Under the pieces are notes generated by a model. The model did no database searches. It had not been told where the DNA came from and saw only the letters and a program-made list of their open reading frames with translations. Shown piece after piece: positions 36,905 to 46,981 of a stretch of DNA of 64,000 nucleotides; the stretch's first letter is position 1, and each line of letters opens with the position of its first letter. The stretch lies in assembly GCA_965219995.1 (NCBI GenBank), contig CBDCOX010000002.1:3872001-3936000 (forward strand), read 5' to 3'. This stretch comes from Candidatus Latescibacterota bacterium. GTDB taxonomy: Bacteria > Latescibacterota > UBA2968 > GCA-2709665. The translations under genes were made by a program, and so were the position numbers.

Positions 36905-37774
36905 GTGACCTCAATTAAAGACGCAATTTCCCATATACAGGGAACCGTAGGGCTGTCGGCCAGGCACCTGGAGTCCGGGCGGGAGATCCAACACAATGCC
37001 GACGACGTGTTCTTCACCGCCAGCACGCTGAAAGTGCCGGTGCTCGTCGAGCTCTACCGCCAGGTGGACCGTGGCAGAATCGATCTGAACCGGCGCGTCG
37101 AACTCTCCGGCGAACTTCGCGTGCCCGGCTCAGGCATCCTCAAGGAAATGGCTCCGGGCCTCAACCCCACCGTACACGATCTGGCGATGCTGATGATCAT
37201 CATCAGCGACAACACCGCGACGGATATTCTGTATAACCTGGTCGGCGGAGACAACCTCAACAATACGATGCGGGAACTCGGCCTGTCGCGCACACGTATT
37301 CCGATGACGGTCAGGGAACTGCTCTTCAGCGTCGTCGGCCTGGACCCCGGGAACCCCGATCATACTTACGAAACGTGCGCAAGCCGGCTCTTCAACCAGG
37401 AATACGTGCCCGACGGCGCGGGTTACGACGTCGACCGGTCCGACGTTTCCTCACCCGGCGATATGTGCAAACTGCTGGAATCGCTGTATTCGGGCGATCT
37501 GCTTTCAGCCGCATCCCGGAACGGCGCCCTGGACATCCTGAAGCGACAGCAGCTCAGGACCGTGATTCCCCATGCGCTGCCCGTCGGGACCGACGTTGCG
37601 CACAAGACGGGCTTTTACGACGGTGTGCGCGCCGACGTGGGCATCGTCTACTCGCCGGCCGGTCCATACGCCGTTGCCATCATGGCCAAAGATGTGACGT
37701 GCCCCGACCGCCTGGTCTTCGACCTCAGCCTCGCCGCGCTTTCGAGGGCGGTGTACGACTCCATGGTCGGATAA
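36905..37774 (+). CDS. Serine hydrolase, class A beta-lactamase-like fold, no signal peptide
   Basis: ASTLK (SxxK), SDN and HKTG motifs. Confidence 0.88.
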   Translation: MTSIKDAISHIQGTVGLSARHLESGREIQHNADDVFFTASTLKVPVLVELYRQVDRGRIDLNRRVELSGELRVPGSGILKEMAPGLNPTVHDLAMLMIIISDNTATDILYNLVGGDNLNNTMRELGLSRTRIPMTVRELLFSVVGLDPGNPDHTYETCASRLFNQEYVPDGAGYDVDRSDVSSPGDMCKLLESLYSGDLLSAASRNGALDILKRQQLRTVIPHALPVGTDVAHKTGFYDGVRADVGIVYSPAGPYAVAIMAKDVTCPDRLVFDLSLAALSRAVYDSMVG

Positions 37775-37815
37775 TCGGAATCCAGAGACGCATTGAGGAG
37801 ACACGCAAAGTGGGG

Positions 37816-38532
37816 ATGGCCGTTGAAACCAACATGGACGCGCTCAGGGCTTCCCGATATCCGGGACGCGGCATCATTATCGGGCAGACGCCCGACGCTC
37901 GACACTACGTCCAGATTTACTGGATCATGGGGCGCAGCGCGGGGAGCCGGAACCGGGTCTTCATTGCCGACGGCCATACGGTCAGGACACGGGCTCTCGA
38001 CGAATCCGCGCTTGAAAATCCCGCTCTGGTTGTGTACCGCCCTGTCAGAGCCCTGAATGGCTGCCACATCGTTTCCAACGGCGACCATACGGACACGATT
38101 TTCGACGCGATTCGGCACGGCGGTACATTCGAATCCGCCCTGAATACCCGGACCTTCGAGCCGGATCCGCCCATCCTCACACCCCGGATCGCCGGTCTGG
38201 TCGACCTGGAGGACCGGTGCGTTGCCTATAAGCTCGCGATCCTCAAGGCCGTCGGCCGAAGTGGCGATTTCGCCGCCAGGCACTACTTCAATTACGAGAC
38301 GGGGATCCCGGGTGTCGGCCATTGCGTCACGACTTACAGCGACGACGGAGACCCGCCGCCGGCGTTTTCAGGCGAACCGTATGCCGTTGACCTGCACGAC
38401 AGGATTGAAACGACCCGCGACGATTACTGGGATGCCCTGAACCGGGAAAACAGGGTCTCGCTGCTCGTCAAGTTCATCCACGTTACGTCGGGAAAAACCG
38501 ACCTCAGCATCGTCAACAAGCACCAGGAATAG
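37816..38532 (+). CDS. IMP cyclohydrolase-like protein (PurO-like family)
   Basis: YPGRGII, YWIMGRS..SRNR, VSNGDHTD and EPD.P..TPRI motifs. Confidence 0.82.
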   Translation: MAVETNMDALRASRYPGRGIIIGQTPDARHYVQIYWIMGRSAGSRNRVFIADGHTVRTRALDESALENPALVVYRPVRALNGCHIVSNGDHTDTIFDAIRHGGTFESALNTRTFEPDPPILTPRIAGLVDLEDRCVAYKLAILKAVGRSGDFAARHYFNYETGIPGVGHCVTTYSDDGDPPPAFSGEPYAVDLHDRIETTRDDYWDALNRENRVSLLVKFIHVTSGKTDLSIVNKHQE

Positions 38533-38534
38533 AG

Positions 38535-39251
38535 ATGGTGGCGACCCTCAAACATTTCTGGCCCGCGATCGTCTGCGCAGTCGTCGCGCTGGCGTTCTGG
38601 GACACGCCCTACGTCAAACCCTTCAGGGTCTTTATGGTCCAGGTACACGAAATGTGCCACGCGGCCGCCACGCTCGGTACCGGGGGCGAGGTTCTTGAGA
38701 TCCGCGTCAACTGGGACGAATCCGGCCACGCGAAGAGCCGGGGCGGCATCTTTCCGATCATCGCGTCGGCCGGTTACGTCGGATCGGCCTTCCTGGGCGC
38801 CATCTTCATCTACGTCAGCCTGTGGCCCACGCTCCAACGGATTCTGCTTGCCGGGATCGGATGCCTTTCCATCGGGGTGGCGGTGCTCTACACGCCATTG
38901 GGCAGCCTCGACTTCACGTTCGGAATCATAAGCGGCTTCGTTCTTCTGGTACCGGCCGTCCTGCTGCCGAGAGTTGCGCGCTGGGTGGCCACGTGGGTGG
39001 GCGTGATGCTCTGTCTCTACAGCCTCTACGACTTCCGCACCGATCTCTGGCTGTATACCGAACGCACCGATGCCGGCATCCTCGCCCGACATTGGGGCGC
39101 GCCGCTTCTGGCCTATCCGATCGCCCTGGTCTGGGCGCTGATCTCCGTATACGCGATGTATCGGTCCATGAAGTCCGTCGCGCGCAGGGGCCAGGACCGG
39201 GAATCCGGTAGCGTCTCTCAAGGCAACGCGGCTTCCCCGGGCGGGACCTGA
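38535..39251 (+). CDS. M50B-like membrane metallopeptidase
   Basis: HEMCH (HExxH), SAGY.G and TDA motifs, with multiple hydrophobic segments. Confidence 0.85.
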   Translation: MVATLKHFWPAIVCAVVALAFWDTPYVKPFRVFMVQVHEMCHAAATLGTGGEVLEIRVNWDESGHAKSRGGIFPIIASAGYVGSAFLGAIFIYVSLWPTLQRILLAGIGCLSIGVAVLYTPLGSLDFTFGIISGFVLLVPAVLLPRVARWVATWVGVMLCLYSLYDFRTDLWLYTERTDAGILARHWGAPLLAYPIALVWALISVYAMYRSMKSVARRGQDRESGSVSQGNAASPGGT

Positions 39252-39337
39252 CCCGGGGGCATCCCGATCTTGCGCCGATCGGGTCGGTCGCGGCGGCGCC
39301 CGTCTCAGGTTCATCGCAAATCTCGAGGTCATCCGCA

Positions 39338-40099
39338 ATGCATACCAGCAGCGTCATTTCCGCTACGGATTTCCAATATTGGCAACGTGGCACGAACGGT
39401 CCCGCTCGCGTGCCATTCTCGGCCTTCTGTCCCGACTATGAGGCGTCCGACCGTACGGGTTTCGTCTCGCCCTGCCTGGAAGACGGGATCCTGCACACCT
39501 CGCATGCGATTCTGGCCCTCACCACGGCGTTCTACGACGCCTGGCGCGACCGGACGGATGACTTCTTCATCTATCCCCAGCACTTCGCCATTCTCGACAT
39601 CTCGGCGGAAGGGGTCAATTCCGGAAGCGGGCGCCTGCGCCTGAACAGGGACCGCCTGGGATGGCCGTGGGGCAACCTGGACGTCTGGCCCGACTCGCAA
39701 TGGGTTCGGTCTGACGGCAGCGTATCCGGCGCGCTGAAGAAGGCGTTCGATCTCCATATCAACCGGCTCTTCTTGCCCGAGTCATTCGTCCCCGGCGCCC
39801 GCGAGAACCGGCTGCCCGGGTACGCGCTCAAGATCATGAGGACCCGCCTGAAGTCGGTGTATTTCTACAAGTCCGACAAACCCGATATCGAGATTCGCGC
39901 CAGATCGAACGCGAATGAGGTCGCGGCGCAAAGCGTATGGAGGCTGTCCCAACTGGAAGGGTTGTCGGCGGAGCATTTGGCGTTGGCAGGCGAAGAGGAA
40001 GATTCCAAAACAGGCCACTGTTACGTCGAACGATTTCGCAGGGCAGACCCCGGACAATTCCTGGAAGCCATGGGCGCTTGCTTCGAGAACGGTGGGTAG
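39338..40099 (+). CDS. Hypothetical protein
   Basis: 253-aa ORF with a GAGG RBS, host-like codon usage and co-orientation with neighbours. Confidence 0.7.
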   Translation: MHTSSVISATDFQYWQRGTNGPARVPFSAFCPDYEASDRTGFVSPCLEDGILHTSHAILALTTAFYDAWRDRTDDFFIYPQHFAILDISAEGVNSGSGRLRLNRDRLGWPWGNLDVWPDSQWVRSDGSVSGALKKAFDLHINRLFLPESFVPGARENRLPGYALKIMRTRLKSVYFYKSDKPDIEIRARSNANEVAAQSVWRLSQLEGLSAEHLALAGEEEDSKTGHCYVERFRRADPGQFLEAMGACFENGG

Positions 40100-40188
40100 G
40101 GCTCAGTCCCTTCGCTGCTCAGCCACATATTCACTTCCGCTTCCTCAGCGTCTCGACGAAAACCATGACCCGGCTTTCGAGGTGTCCC

Positions 40189-41541
40189 GTGTCCAGCGCT
40201 GATACCCGATACAGAAGACCTGGCCGCGCCGATTCCGGAAGTCCCGTGAGAGTCGGGCTCATCGGCGCCGGAAAATTCGGCACGATGTTTCTGGCCCAGG
40301 CCCGCCGGATCCCCGGTCTGCACGTTCTGGGCGTGGCCGATCTGTCTGTCGATCGGGCGCGGGAGGCGCTTTCCCGCGCGGAGTGGCCGCCTGAACAAGC
40401 TGCCGCATCGGACTTCGAAGATGCACGCAAGAGCGGGGCGACGCACCTCACCGACGACGGCGATTCTCTGGTGGCCGCCGACGGTCTGGACGTTCTGGTC
40501 GAAGCAACGGGAAATCCGATGGCCGGAATCCACTACGCCCTGAAAGCCATCCACGAAGGTCGCCACCTGGTCATGGTGAACGTCGAAGCCGACGTTCTCG
40601 CGGGTCCCGTATTGGCGCAACGTGCGGCGTCGGCCGGTCTCGTCTACTCGCTCGCCTACGGAGACCAGCCCGCCCTGATCTGCGAACTCGTCGACTGGGC
40701 GAGGACCAACGGATTTGACGTCGTCTGCGCCGGCAAGGGTACGAAACAACGGCCCGTGTACCACGAATCGACCCCCGATACGGTCTGGGACCACTACGGA
40801 ATCGACGCGGAAACCGCTGCGCGAGCCGGGATGAATCCGAGGATGTTCAATTCGTTCCTGGACGGTACGAAATCGGCCGTCGAGATGGCCGCCGTCGCGA
40901 ATGCCACGGGGCTGGAACCGCAGCCGGAGGGATTGAACTTTCCGCCATGCGGCATCGACCGGCTGCCGGACCTATGCCGGCCCCGCAGCGCTGGCGGTTG
41001 TCTTTCCCACAAGGGAACCGTGGAGGTCATCTCCTGCGTGCAGCCCGACGGCACACCCGTCGATAACCACCTTCGATGGGGTGTCTACGTCACGATCGAG
41101 GGGTCGGGAGAATACATCCGGCGCTGCTTCACCGAATACGGGCTGCCCACGGACGACTCCGGTCGATACACCGCCATCTACCGCCCCTATCACCTGGTGG
41201 GCATGGAACTCGCGACCAGCGTGATGCGCGCGGGGCTGCACGGTGAGGCCACCGGCTGTCCCCGCGCCTTTGTCGCGGACGTCGCCGCTACCGCCAAGCG
41301 GGATCTCGAGGAGGGAGAAGTCCTGGACGGCGAAGGCGGGTACCGCGTTTATGGCAAACTCATGCCGGCAGCGAGTGCTATGAGGGAAGGCGTCCTTCCC
41401 ATCGGACTGGCGCACAAACTCAAACTGAAACGCGGAATCGTGGCCGGCCGGCCGATCCTTCGAGCCGACGTGGACCTGGACGAAGACAGCGACGTTTTCC
41501 GCCTTCGCAGGGAAATGGAAGGACAGTTGGAGGATTTGTAA
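40189..41541 (+). CDS. Homoserine-dehydrogenase-like NAD(P) oxidoreductase with SAF domain
   Basis: GLIGAGKFG, MVNVEAD, GDQP, DGTKSA.EM and LDGEGGY motifs. Start is uncertain (GTG 40189). Confidence 0.88.
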   Translation: MSSADTRYRRPGRADSGSPVRVGLIGAGKFGTMFLAQARRIPGLHVLGVADLSVDRAREALSRAEWPPEQAAASDFEDARKSGATHLTDDGDSLVAADGLDVLVEATGNPMAGIHYALKAIHEGRHLVMVNVEADVLAGPVLAQRAASAGLVYSLAYGDQPALICELVDWARTNGFDVVCAGKGTKQRPVYHESTPDTVWDHYGIDAETAARAGMNPRMFNSFLDGTKSAVEMAAVANATGLEPQPEGLNFPPCGIDRLPDLCRPRSAGGCLSHKGTVEVISCVQPDGTPVDNHLRWGVYVTIEGSGEYIRRCFTEYGLPTDDSGRYTAIYRPYHLVGMELATSVMRAGLHGEATGCPRAFVADVAATAKRDLEEGEVLDGEGGYRVYGKLMPAASAMREGVLPIGLAHKLKLKRGIVAGRPILRADVDLDEDSDVFRLRREMEGQLEDL

Positions 41542-41616
41542 GCGCGAGAACGTATCGCAGTTCAATCACTCCCCTCTCTCCGCATCTGAAAATCTGCCAA
41601 CGAGGAAATTTCGCCA

Positions 41617-43476
41617 ATGAACACATCACAAGACCTGGGCAACGGATTCCGCCACCACGGGGTCGCGACGGACATCGCCAACAGCCGGGGGCTCGTCGCC
41701 ACGGTGGACGGGCAGGGCCGCAACGTGGTCCTGTTGTGGCTGTACGACCATCGCGGCTGCTATGCCCTGCTGCTGATCGACGCGGAGACCGGCGCCAGCG
41801 AACAGTTCGCCCTCCCGTTTCCGCCGGGCGATGACTTCAACGCCTGTCCTTTTTCGTCAATACTCTCCAGCGGCAACCTCTTCTGCAGCCATTTCCACAG
41901 CCGTTTCCTGGCCTTCGATCCCGTCGAGCGGGCGTTTACGTTCTGGCATGAGACCGTACCGCAGATGGCCATGGCGATGACCGAAGACGACGATGGCCGC
42001 ATCTGGGCGGCCACCCATCCGGACAGCGGCGTTCTGTCTTACGATCCCCGGAACCGTGCGTTCAGGGACTACGGTCACGTCTACAAGCAGAACTGGCGGC
42101 AATACCCGCGTTCGGTCGCCGCTGACGTCGCCGGCTGGGTGTACTTCGGCATCGGCAGTACCGCCAGTCAGATCATCAGCCTGAATCCGGATTCCGGCGC
42201 CGCGGAGCCCATCCTGTCCGAAGACGAACGCGTCCAGGGCAGCGGCCACGTCTACCGCGACGTCAACGGCAAGGTCTACGGACATGCCGGGGACGGCTCC
42301 AACAACTGGTTTGAACTCTACCGGGGCGCGCGAAGTCCCGTCGGGGCGCTCGAAGATCAGAACGAGAAACCGATCGTCACGGGCAGCCAGGGACTCTTCC
42401 ACCGGGATTTCCCGGATGGCAAACGCATCGGGTCGTGCAATCTGGAAACACGCACGCTATCGGTGGAAGACCCCGATTCCGGTGAAATCCGGGAAGTCGG
42501 CTTCGAATACACGACCGAAGGCGCCCACGTAATGGGGCTTGCCGCGGCGCCCGATGGGACCGTCAGCGGGGGCACAACGTTTCCGGCGCGCTTCTTCAGC
42601 TTCGATCCCGCGGCCGACACGTGGGTCAACCGCCCTAACCTCGGCCAGTGGAACACCGTCGCGAGGCAGCTGGACCGGTTCTTCGCGGGCGCATACACCG
42701 GCGGACTCCTGCTGGAATGGGACCCCGCCGCGCCCTGGGCGCCTACCGAAAGGGACAACCCCGGATCCAATCCCCGGTTCCTGACCGATTGCAAACCCGC
42801 CATCAACCGCCCGCATACGCTGCTCGCCCATCCGGACGGAAAGACCGTCATTCTGGCCGGCACCCCCAACTACGGGCACACGGGCGGCGGGATGCTGTTC
42901 TGGGACCGGAAGACCGGATCGGGCAATCTGCTGGACCACACAGAGATTCTCCCCGATCACAGCACGATGAGCCTGATCGCCCTTCCGGACGGCGATCTAC
43001 TGGGCGGTTCCACGACCGATCCCGGGACCGGAGGCGAGCGGAAGGCGGAAGAAGCCGAACTCTACGTGATGGATGTAGATACGAAGCGGATCCTGTGGCG
43101 CGAGGCGGTCTTCCCCGGTGTGCAATCGTACACGGATCTCTGCCCGGGGTCGAACGGCGTCGTCTACGGGATTGCAGACCGGGAACGCTTTTTTGTGTTC
43201 GATCCCGACTCCAGAAAGGTCCTGCGCAGCGAAATCACCGCGGGCAGTTACGGATTGACGGCCAGACAGCAGGGCCCTCGCGTCTTCGCGACCACGCCGT
43301 CGGGCAGGGTCTACTTGCTTTTTATCAAGGGCATCGTCCGCGTAGATCCATCCGACCACAGCCTCACCCTGGTGGCAGAGTCTCCCGTGCCCGTCGGCTT
43401 CGGCGGGGACTGGCTGAACGGACGCATCTACTTCGGAAGCGGCTCCCACGTCTACAGCTACGGGGAGTGCGAATAG
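41617..43476 (+). CDS. Beta-propeller hypothetical protein
   Basis: Repeated YDP/FDP...G units, GTPNYG..GG, and a GAGG RBS. Confidence 0.75.
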   Translation: MNTSQDLGNGFRHHGVATDIANSRGLVATVDGQGRNVVLLWLYDHRGCYALLLIDAETGASEQFALPFPPGDDFNACPFSSILSSGNLFCSHFHSRFLAFDPVERAFTFWHETVPQMAMAMTEDDDGRIWAATHPDSGVLSYDPRNRAFRDYGHVYKQNWRQYPRSVAADVAGWVYFGIGSTASQIISLNPDSGAAEPILSEDERVQGSGHVYRDVNGKVYGHAGDGSNNWFELYRGARSPVGALEDQNEKPIVTGSQGLFHRDFPDGKRIGSCNLETRTLSVEDPDSGEIREVGFEYTTEGAHVMGLAAAPDGTVSGGTTFPARFFSFDPAADTWVNRPNLGQWNTVARQLDRFFAGAYTGGLLLEWDPAAPWAPTERDNPGSNPRFLTDCKPAINRPHTLLAHPDGKTVILAGTPNYGHTGGGMLFWDRKTGSGNLLDHTEILPDHSTMSLIALPDGDLLGGSTTDPGTGGERKAEEAELYVMDVDTKRILWREAVFPGVQSYTDLCPGSNGVVYGIADRERFFVFDPDSRKVLRSEITAGSYGLTARQQGPRVFATTPSGRVYLLFIKGIVRVDPSDHSLTLVAESPVPVGFGGDWLNGRIYFGSGSHVYSYGECE

Positions 43477-43486
43477 GGGAGGGAGG

Positions 43487-44125
43487 CTAGAATCTGAACT
43501 CCCGATCCCGGATCCGAAATCCCAGGAGCGACGCGCGTCCATTCGGGTCTACCCGGACGAGCGCTGCGAATTCGTCAGGGTGTTTCCTGATGTCTTCGAC
43601 GATCTGCCTGCGCAATCTCTCCGGCACATGATAGGTTCCGATCCCGAAGTTCACGTATTTCTCCCTGAACGATCCCCTTGCGACGGTCCGATCCGTCTCC
43701 CCGTATCCGAGGGGCTCGTCCTCCTTCCCTGTCACCACCGAATCCGCGATCCATTCTCCGGAGCTGTCCCGGCGCAGGGGAACGTGAACGGGTACCCATC
43801 GATACGCGGTCTTGCCGCGGATCACGACGTCTCCCGCCGGAACCGCTGACGGCATCTCCAATTCCGTACTTTCGACGGACCAGGTGGAATCCACCTGCAA
43901 CCGCAACGTGACGTAGACCGTCTCCCCGCGTTTGCGATGCGCTTCGGCCCGTGCAAATTCATACTCGATGCGGATGCCGGCGCCGCGCATCACGTGCTGC
44001 AGATTCGTGGCCTTCGCCGGGAGCCGGATTTCCCTTCCCGATTCCCCTCGATTCAGGGGCAGCGCGGCCAGGATGCCGATCTGCGCGAGTAGCGCGACGC
44101 CGAACCAGGCGGACCTCTTAACCAT
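43487..44125 (-). CDS. GDYXXLXY-like membrane-anchored protein
   Basis: N-terminal TM segment, G.EIRL, degenerate MRGAGIRIEY, FGI..Y.VPE. Overlaps the DUF2157 gene. Confidence 0.7.
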   Translation of the reverse strand: MVKRSAWFGVALLAQIGILAALPLNRGESGREIRLPAKATNLQHVMRGAGIRIEYEFARAEAHRKRGETVYVTLRLQVDSTWSVESTELEMPSAVPAGDVVIRGKTAYRWVPVHVPLRRDSSGEWIADSVVTGKEDEPLGYGETDRTVARGSFREKYVNFGIGTYHVPERLRRQIVEDIRKHPDEFAALVRVDPNGRASLLGFRIRDREFRF

Positions 44126-45452
44126 TGTGCGCCTCTCCCTGTTTGAGATGCCTCTCAAATCGAATGCCACCCAGGATCACGCCGATGCCACAGGCGATGA
44201 ATACGAACGATTTCAGGAACAGATTCGTATCCCACTCTATGAAGGTGTGGACGATCACCCACGCCAGAATCAACAGCCCCGCCCAGTAGGACGTCCTGCG
44301 CTGGACCCGGACCGCCGAATAGAGCAGGCTCACCGCGATGGCGCCGGCGGCGATCTTGGCGGCCACCGGCAACCCGGTTGGATGCATCGCCAGCGTTCCG
44401 GCGACGAGGACGACGCCGGCCGCCAGCGTCGCGATCGAGCGGTGCCTCAAGGGAGTCCTTTCGGGCGGCGTCCTGATCACGGAGGTCCAGACGGCGACCG
44501 CCGCCAGGCCGACAAGCCCGAGAGGTACAGTCCACATCCATCCTTCCGAACGCCAGCCGTGTTTCGAGAATTCACGTGCGACCTCCTCGAACGACATCAT
44601 ATAGGCGAGCAGCAGAATCACCGTCATCCCAACCGTCCTGGCAATGGTCCCCGTCATGCGCGCGGATTGGACCCTGTCCAGCCGGAGGCCCAGTCCATAC
44701 AGGAACGTCGCGGTCGCGGCTACGGCGAGGAGCGGCGGCCATTGCTCGCCGCTGTCGAGCGCCGCGCACACGGCAAGCGCCGCGCCCGCCGCCAGGATAA
44801 CGCCGCCGAAGGCCGCGGCGCTGCGACGCATCAGAAACGGTCCGCAGACGGCGACGACCGCGAAGGGATACCAGCAAAACATGTGCGGATGGTTCGCCGT
44901 GTACCCGCAGAACCAGGCAAAGCTCGCCACACACGTCACCAACATGCAGGGCCCGCTCATCGTCGCGAAAGCGATGACCGCGGAACCGAGCGCCCAGATC
45001 CCGAAGGCGCCGTACGGTTCTCCGGTCAGGTGAAACATCTGCGCGATCAGGAAAACGTTCGCACCGAAGACCAGGGTACCCAGCACGATCAGCGCCTCTC
45101 CGAGTCTCTTGCGACTTCCCGACAACTTCCACAGGTAGAAGCCCGCAATCTCGCAGGCGAGCAGGGTTCCGACAAGAAGCGCCATTCTCCCTGGCACAGG
45201 GATCTCGTCCCACCTTGAAGCCACGAAGCTGACGGCGCCGCCGCCGATCAATACCGCGCCAATCAGATAGAGCGCCTGCACGAGCAGGCCGCCCGATCTC
45301 CCGGCAACGTCGTCCAGGCCGTAGCGTTTGGATATCGCGGCGGACTGATCCGTATCGACAACCCCGTCGTCCACCCAATCGTTCAGCTCCCGTCGAAGCA
45401 TCGAGCGGAAGGCCGGGGACACCCGCCTGCCGCCTGAATCGCTTTCGCTCAT
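44118..45452 (-). CDS. DUF2157 membrane protein
   Basis: L..W...G.V, IGA.L.G.G...FVA..W and GANVFLIAQMFH motifs. Confidence 0.85.
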   Translation of the reverse strand: MSESDSGGRRVSPAFRSMLRRELNDWVDDGVVDTDQSAAISKRYGLDDVAGRSGGLLVQALYLIGAVLIGGGAVSFVASRWDEIPVPGRMALLVGTLLACEIAGFYLWKLSGSRKRLGEALIVLGTLVFGANVFLIAQMFHLTGEPYGAFGIWALGSAVIAFATMSGPCMLVTCVASFAWFCGYTANHPHMFCWYPFAVVAVCGPFLMRRSAAAFGGVILAAGAALAVCAALDSGEQWPPLLAVAATATFLYGLGLRLDRVQSARMTGTIARTVGMTVILLLAYMMSFEEVAREFSKHGWRSEGWMWTVPLGLVGLAAVAVWTSVIRTPPERTPLRHRSIATLAAGVVLVAGTLAMHPTGLPVAAKIAAGAIAVSLLYSAVRVQRRTSYWAGLLILAWVIVHTFIEWDTNLFLKSFVFIACGIGVILGGIRFERHLKQGEAHNG

Positions 45453-45455
45453 TGC

Positions 45456-45866
45456 CTAATGATCCTTTCCGGAGTAGATCCACATGGGCTCCGTCCTCCC
45501 GGCCCTCGTGAACCCGCATTTCGTGTAGAAATCGATCGCTCGTCCATCCGCTATCAGCACGTGCTGGTGGAAGCCTTCATAGTTCGCCATCAGCCTTTTC
45601 ATCAACTCCGTTCCGATACCCTTCCGCTGGTATTCGGGATCCACCAGCAGGTGCGGATAATACACGACAAGATGACCGTCCGAGATGGCGTTTCCCAGCC
45701 CGACCAGCCGGCCGTCGTCCCAGGCCGTGAGCAGGGAATGCGAGTTCATCAACGCGTCGCGCAATTCCGCCGGCTTGTCTGCGGAAGACCATTCGTTGGC
45801 GGCATAGAGGCTCAGTAGCGCATCAAGTGGGACATTCCGGTTGTCGCTATATGTGATCGATGCCAT
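45456..45866 (-). CDS. GNAT acetyltransferase
   Basis: LLVDPEYQRKGIG and FY.KCGF motifs. Confidence 0.9.
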   Translation of the reverse strand: MASITYSDNRNVPLDALLSLYAANEWSSADKPAELRDALMNSHSLLTAWDDGRLVGLGNAISDGHLVVYYPHLLVDPEYQRKGIGTELMKRLMANYEGFHQHVLIADGRAIDFYTKCGFTRAGRTEPMWIYSGKDH

Positions 45867-46866
45867 CGGATCTCCATTGCATCATATTTCTCATCTGGTC
45901 GACCCGATCGCTTACGAATCCCGCGATGCCGTCGCGCAGGCCCGGGTTGTCCCGGCGGCCGGCCATCCAGACGGCGATCTTCAGTCGGTCTGCGATCAGA
46001 AAGGAGGTCAGCGTTGGCTCGTGGCCGGCATCGAGGGGGCGTACGCCTCTGTATCCGTGAAGAAACGCGGCGCGCAGCGAGGCGAAATCCTTCCGGCTGA
46101 CCAGGGGGCCGAGGGTAGCACCCATATCGCCGAGGTAGTAACCCCATCCGCAGTCGTCAAAGTCCAAAGCACGCGCTTCGCCCTTCAGGAATACGTAGTT
46201 CATCTGGTGCAGATCGCCGTGTATCAGACCGAAGACGGACGGGCCCTCTCCCAACCGCTCCATTGCGCGGCGCGTGATCGATTCTGCCCGGTCAACGATG
46301 GCCTTTCTTGCGGGATCGAGTATTGCTTTCGCATGGGCGATCGTTCCACAGTAGACACCGCCGAGCAGACCCCCGGCGTCCCAGCGGATGCGCGTGAAGC
46401 CGGGCGGGGGGACGAAACCCTCTGCGTGACAGTGCAATCTGCCCACGAGGCGGCCGACCCTTTCAAGATGTCGCCCGGTCAGGACGTGCTGGCTGACAAA
46501 GCGTCCCTTCACCCAGCGAAACAGCGCGCAGACTCTCGGTTTCGGGATCCCCGGCGCCGAGGCGACCGTCAGCAGACTCCCTTCCCGATCCGCAACCGGC
46601 GCGGGCACAACGAGGTCCGTCTCCCGGGCAATCGCATCCAGCCACATCAGCTCCGACCGGAAGAGCGCCAGATCCCTGTGCCCCGGCCGGTTGACGCGCA
46701 GGACGTATCGGCAGCCCCCGGCCCGAACCAGGAACGTGGCGTTGTGCCGGTGTTGTATTGGCCGAAGCGTAAAATCACCCAGGTCGTAGGACGCCAGCGC
46801 CTCGAACGCGAGGCGACGAAGGCGGCGAAGCTGGCCCCTGTACGTGAGATCCTCAAATGGTGTCAA
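45847..46866 (-). CDS. APH/homoserine kinase type II-like phosphotransferase
   Basis: LIHGDLH..N and LDFDDCG motifs. Confidence 0.88.
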   Translation of the reverse strand: MTPFEDLTYRGQLRRLRRLAFEALASYDLGDFTLRPIQHRHNATFLVRAGGCRYVLRVNRPGHRDLALFRSELMWLDAIARETDLVVPAPVADREGSLLTVASAPGIPKPRVCALFRWVKGRFVSQHVLTGRHLERVGRLVGRLHCHAEGFVPPPGFTRIRWDAGGLLGGVYCGTIAHAKAILDPARKAIVDRAESITRRAMERLGEGPSVFGLIHGDLHQMNYVFLKGEARALDFDDCGWGYYLGDMGATLGPLVSRKDFASLRAAFLHGYRGVRPLDAGHEPTLTSFLIADRLKIAVWMAGRRDNPGLRDGIAGFVSDRVDQMRNMMQWRSDGIDHI

Positions 46867-46981
46867 GTATTCGGATTCCCTCCCGCCTCGAGAGAAGACC
46901 TCCAGGCCGTCGGCGTCTATCGATTGGGCCCACCTTGCCGAGATTTACGCTGAGTCCGGAAAGCCTGACGTGGCGTCCGCT

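Noticed and set aside
36905-37774. Bona fide beta-lactam resistance gene
   Set aside because: The motifs are present, but there is no signal peptide and no recognisable omega-loop ExxLN. It is more likely a cytoplasmic serine hydrolase.
770-45218. Many long antisense or alternate-frame ORFs (e.g. 770-1948, 10340-12148, 33410-35140, 35227-36570, 43932-45218)
   Set aside because: These are shadow ORFs of high-GC coding genes. They have no motifs and fully overlap well-supported CDSs.
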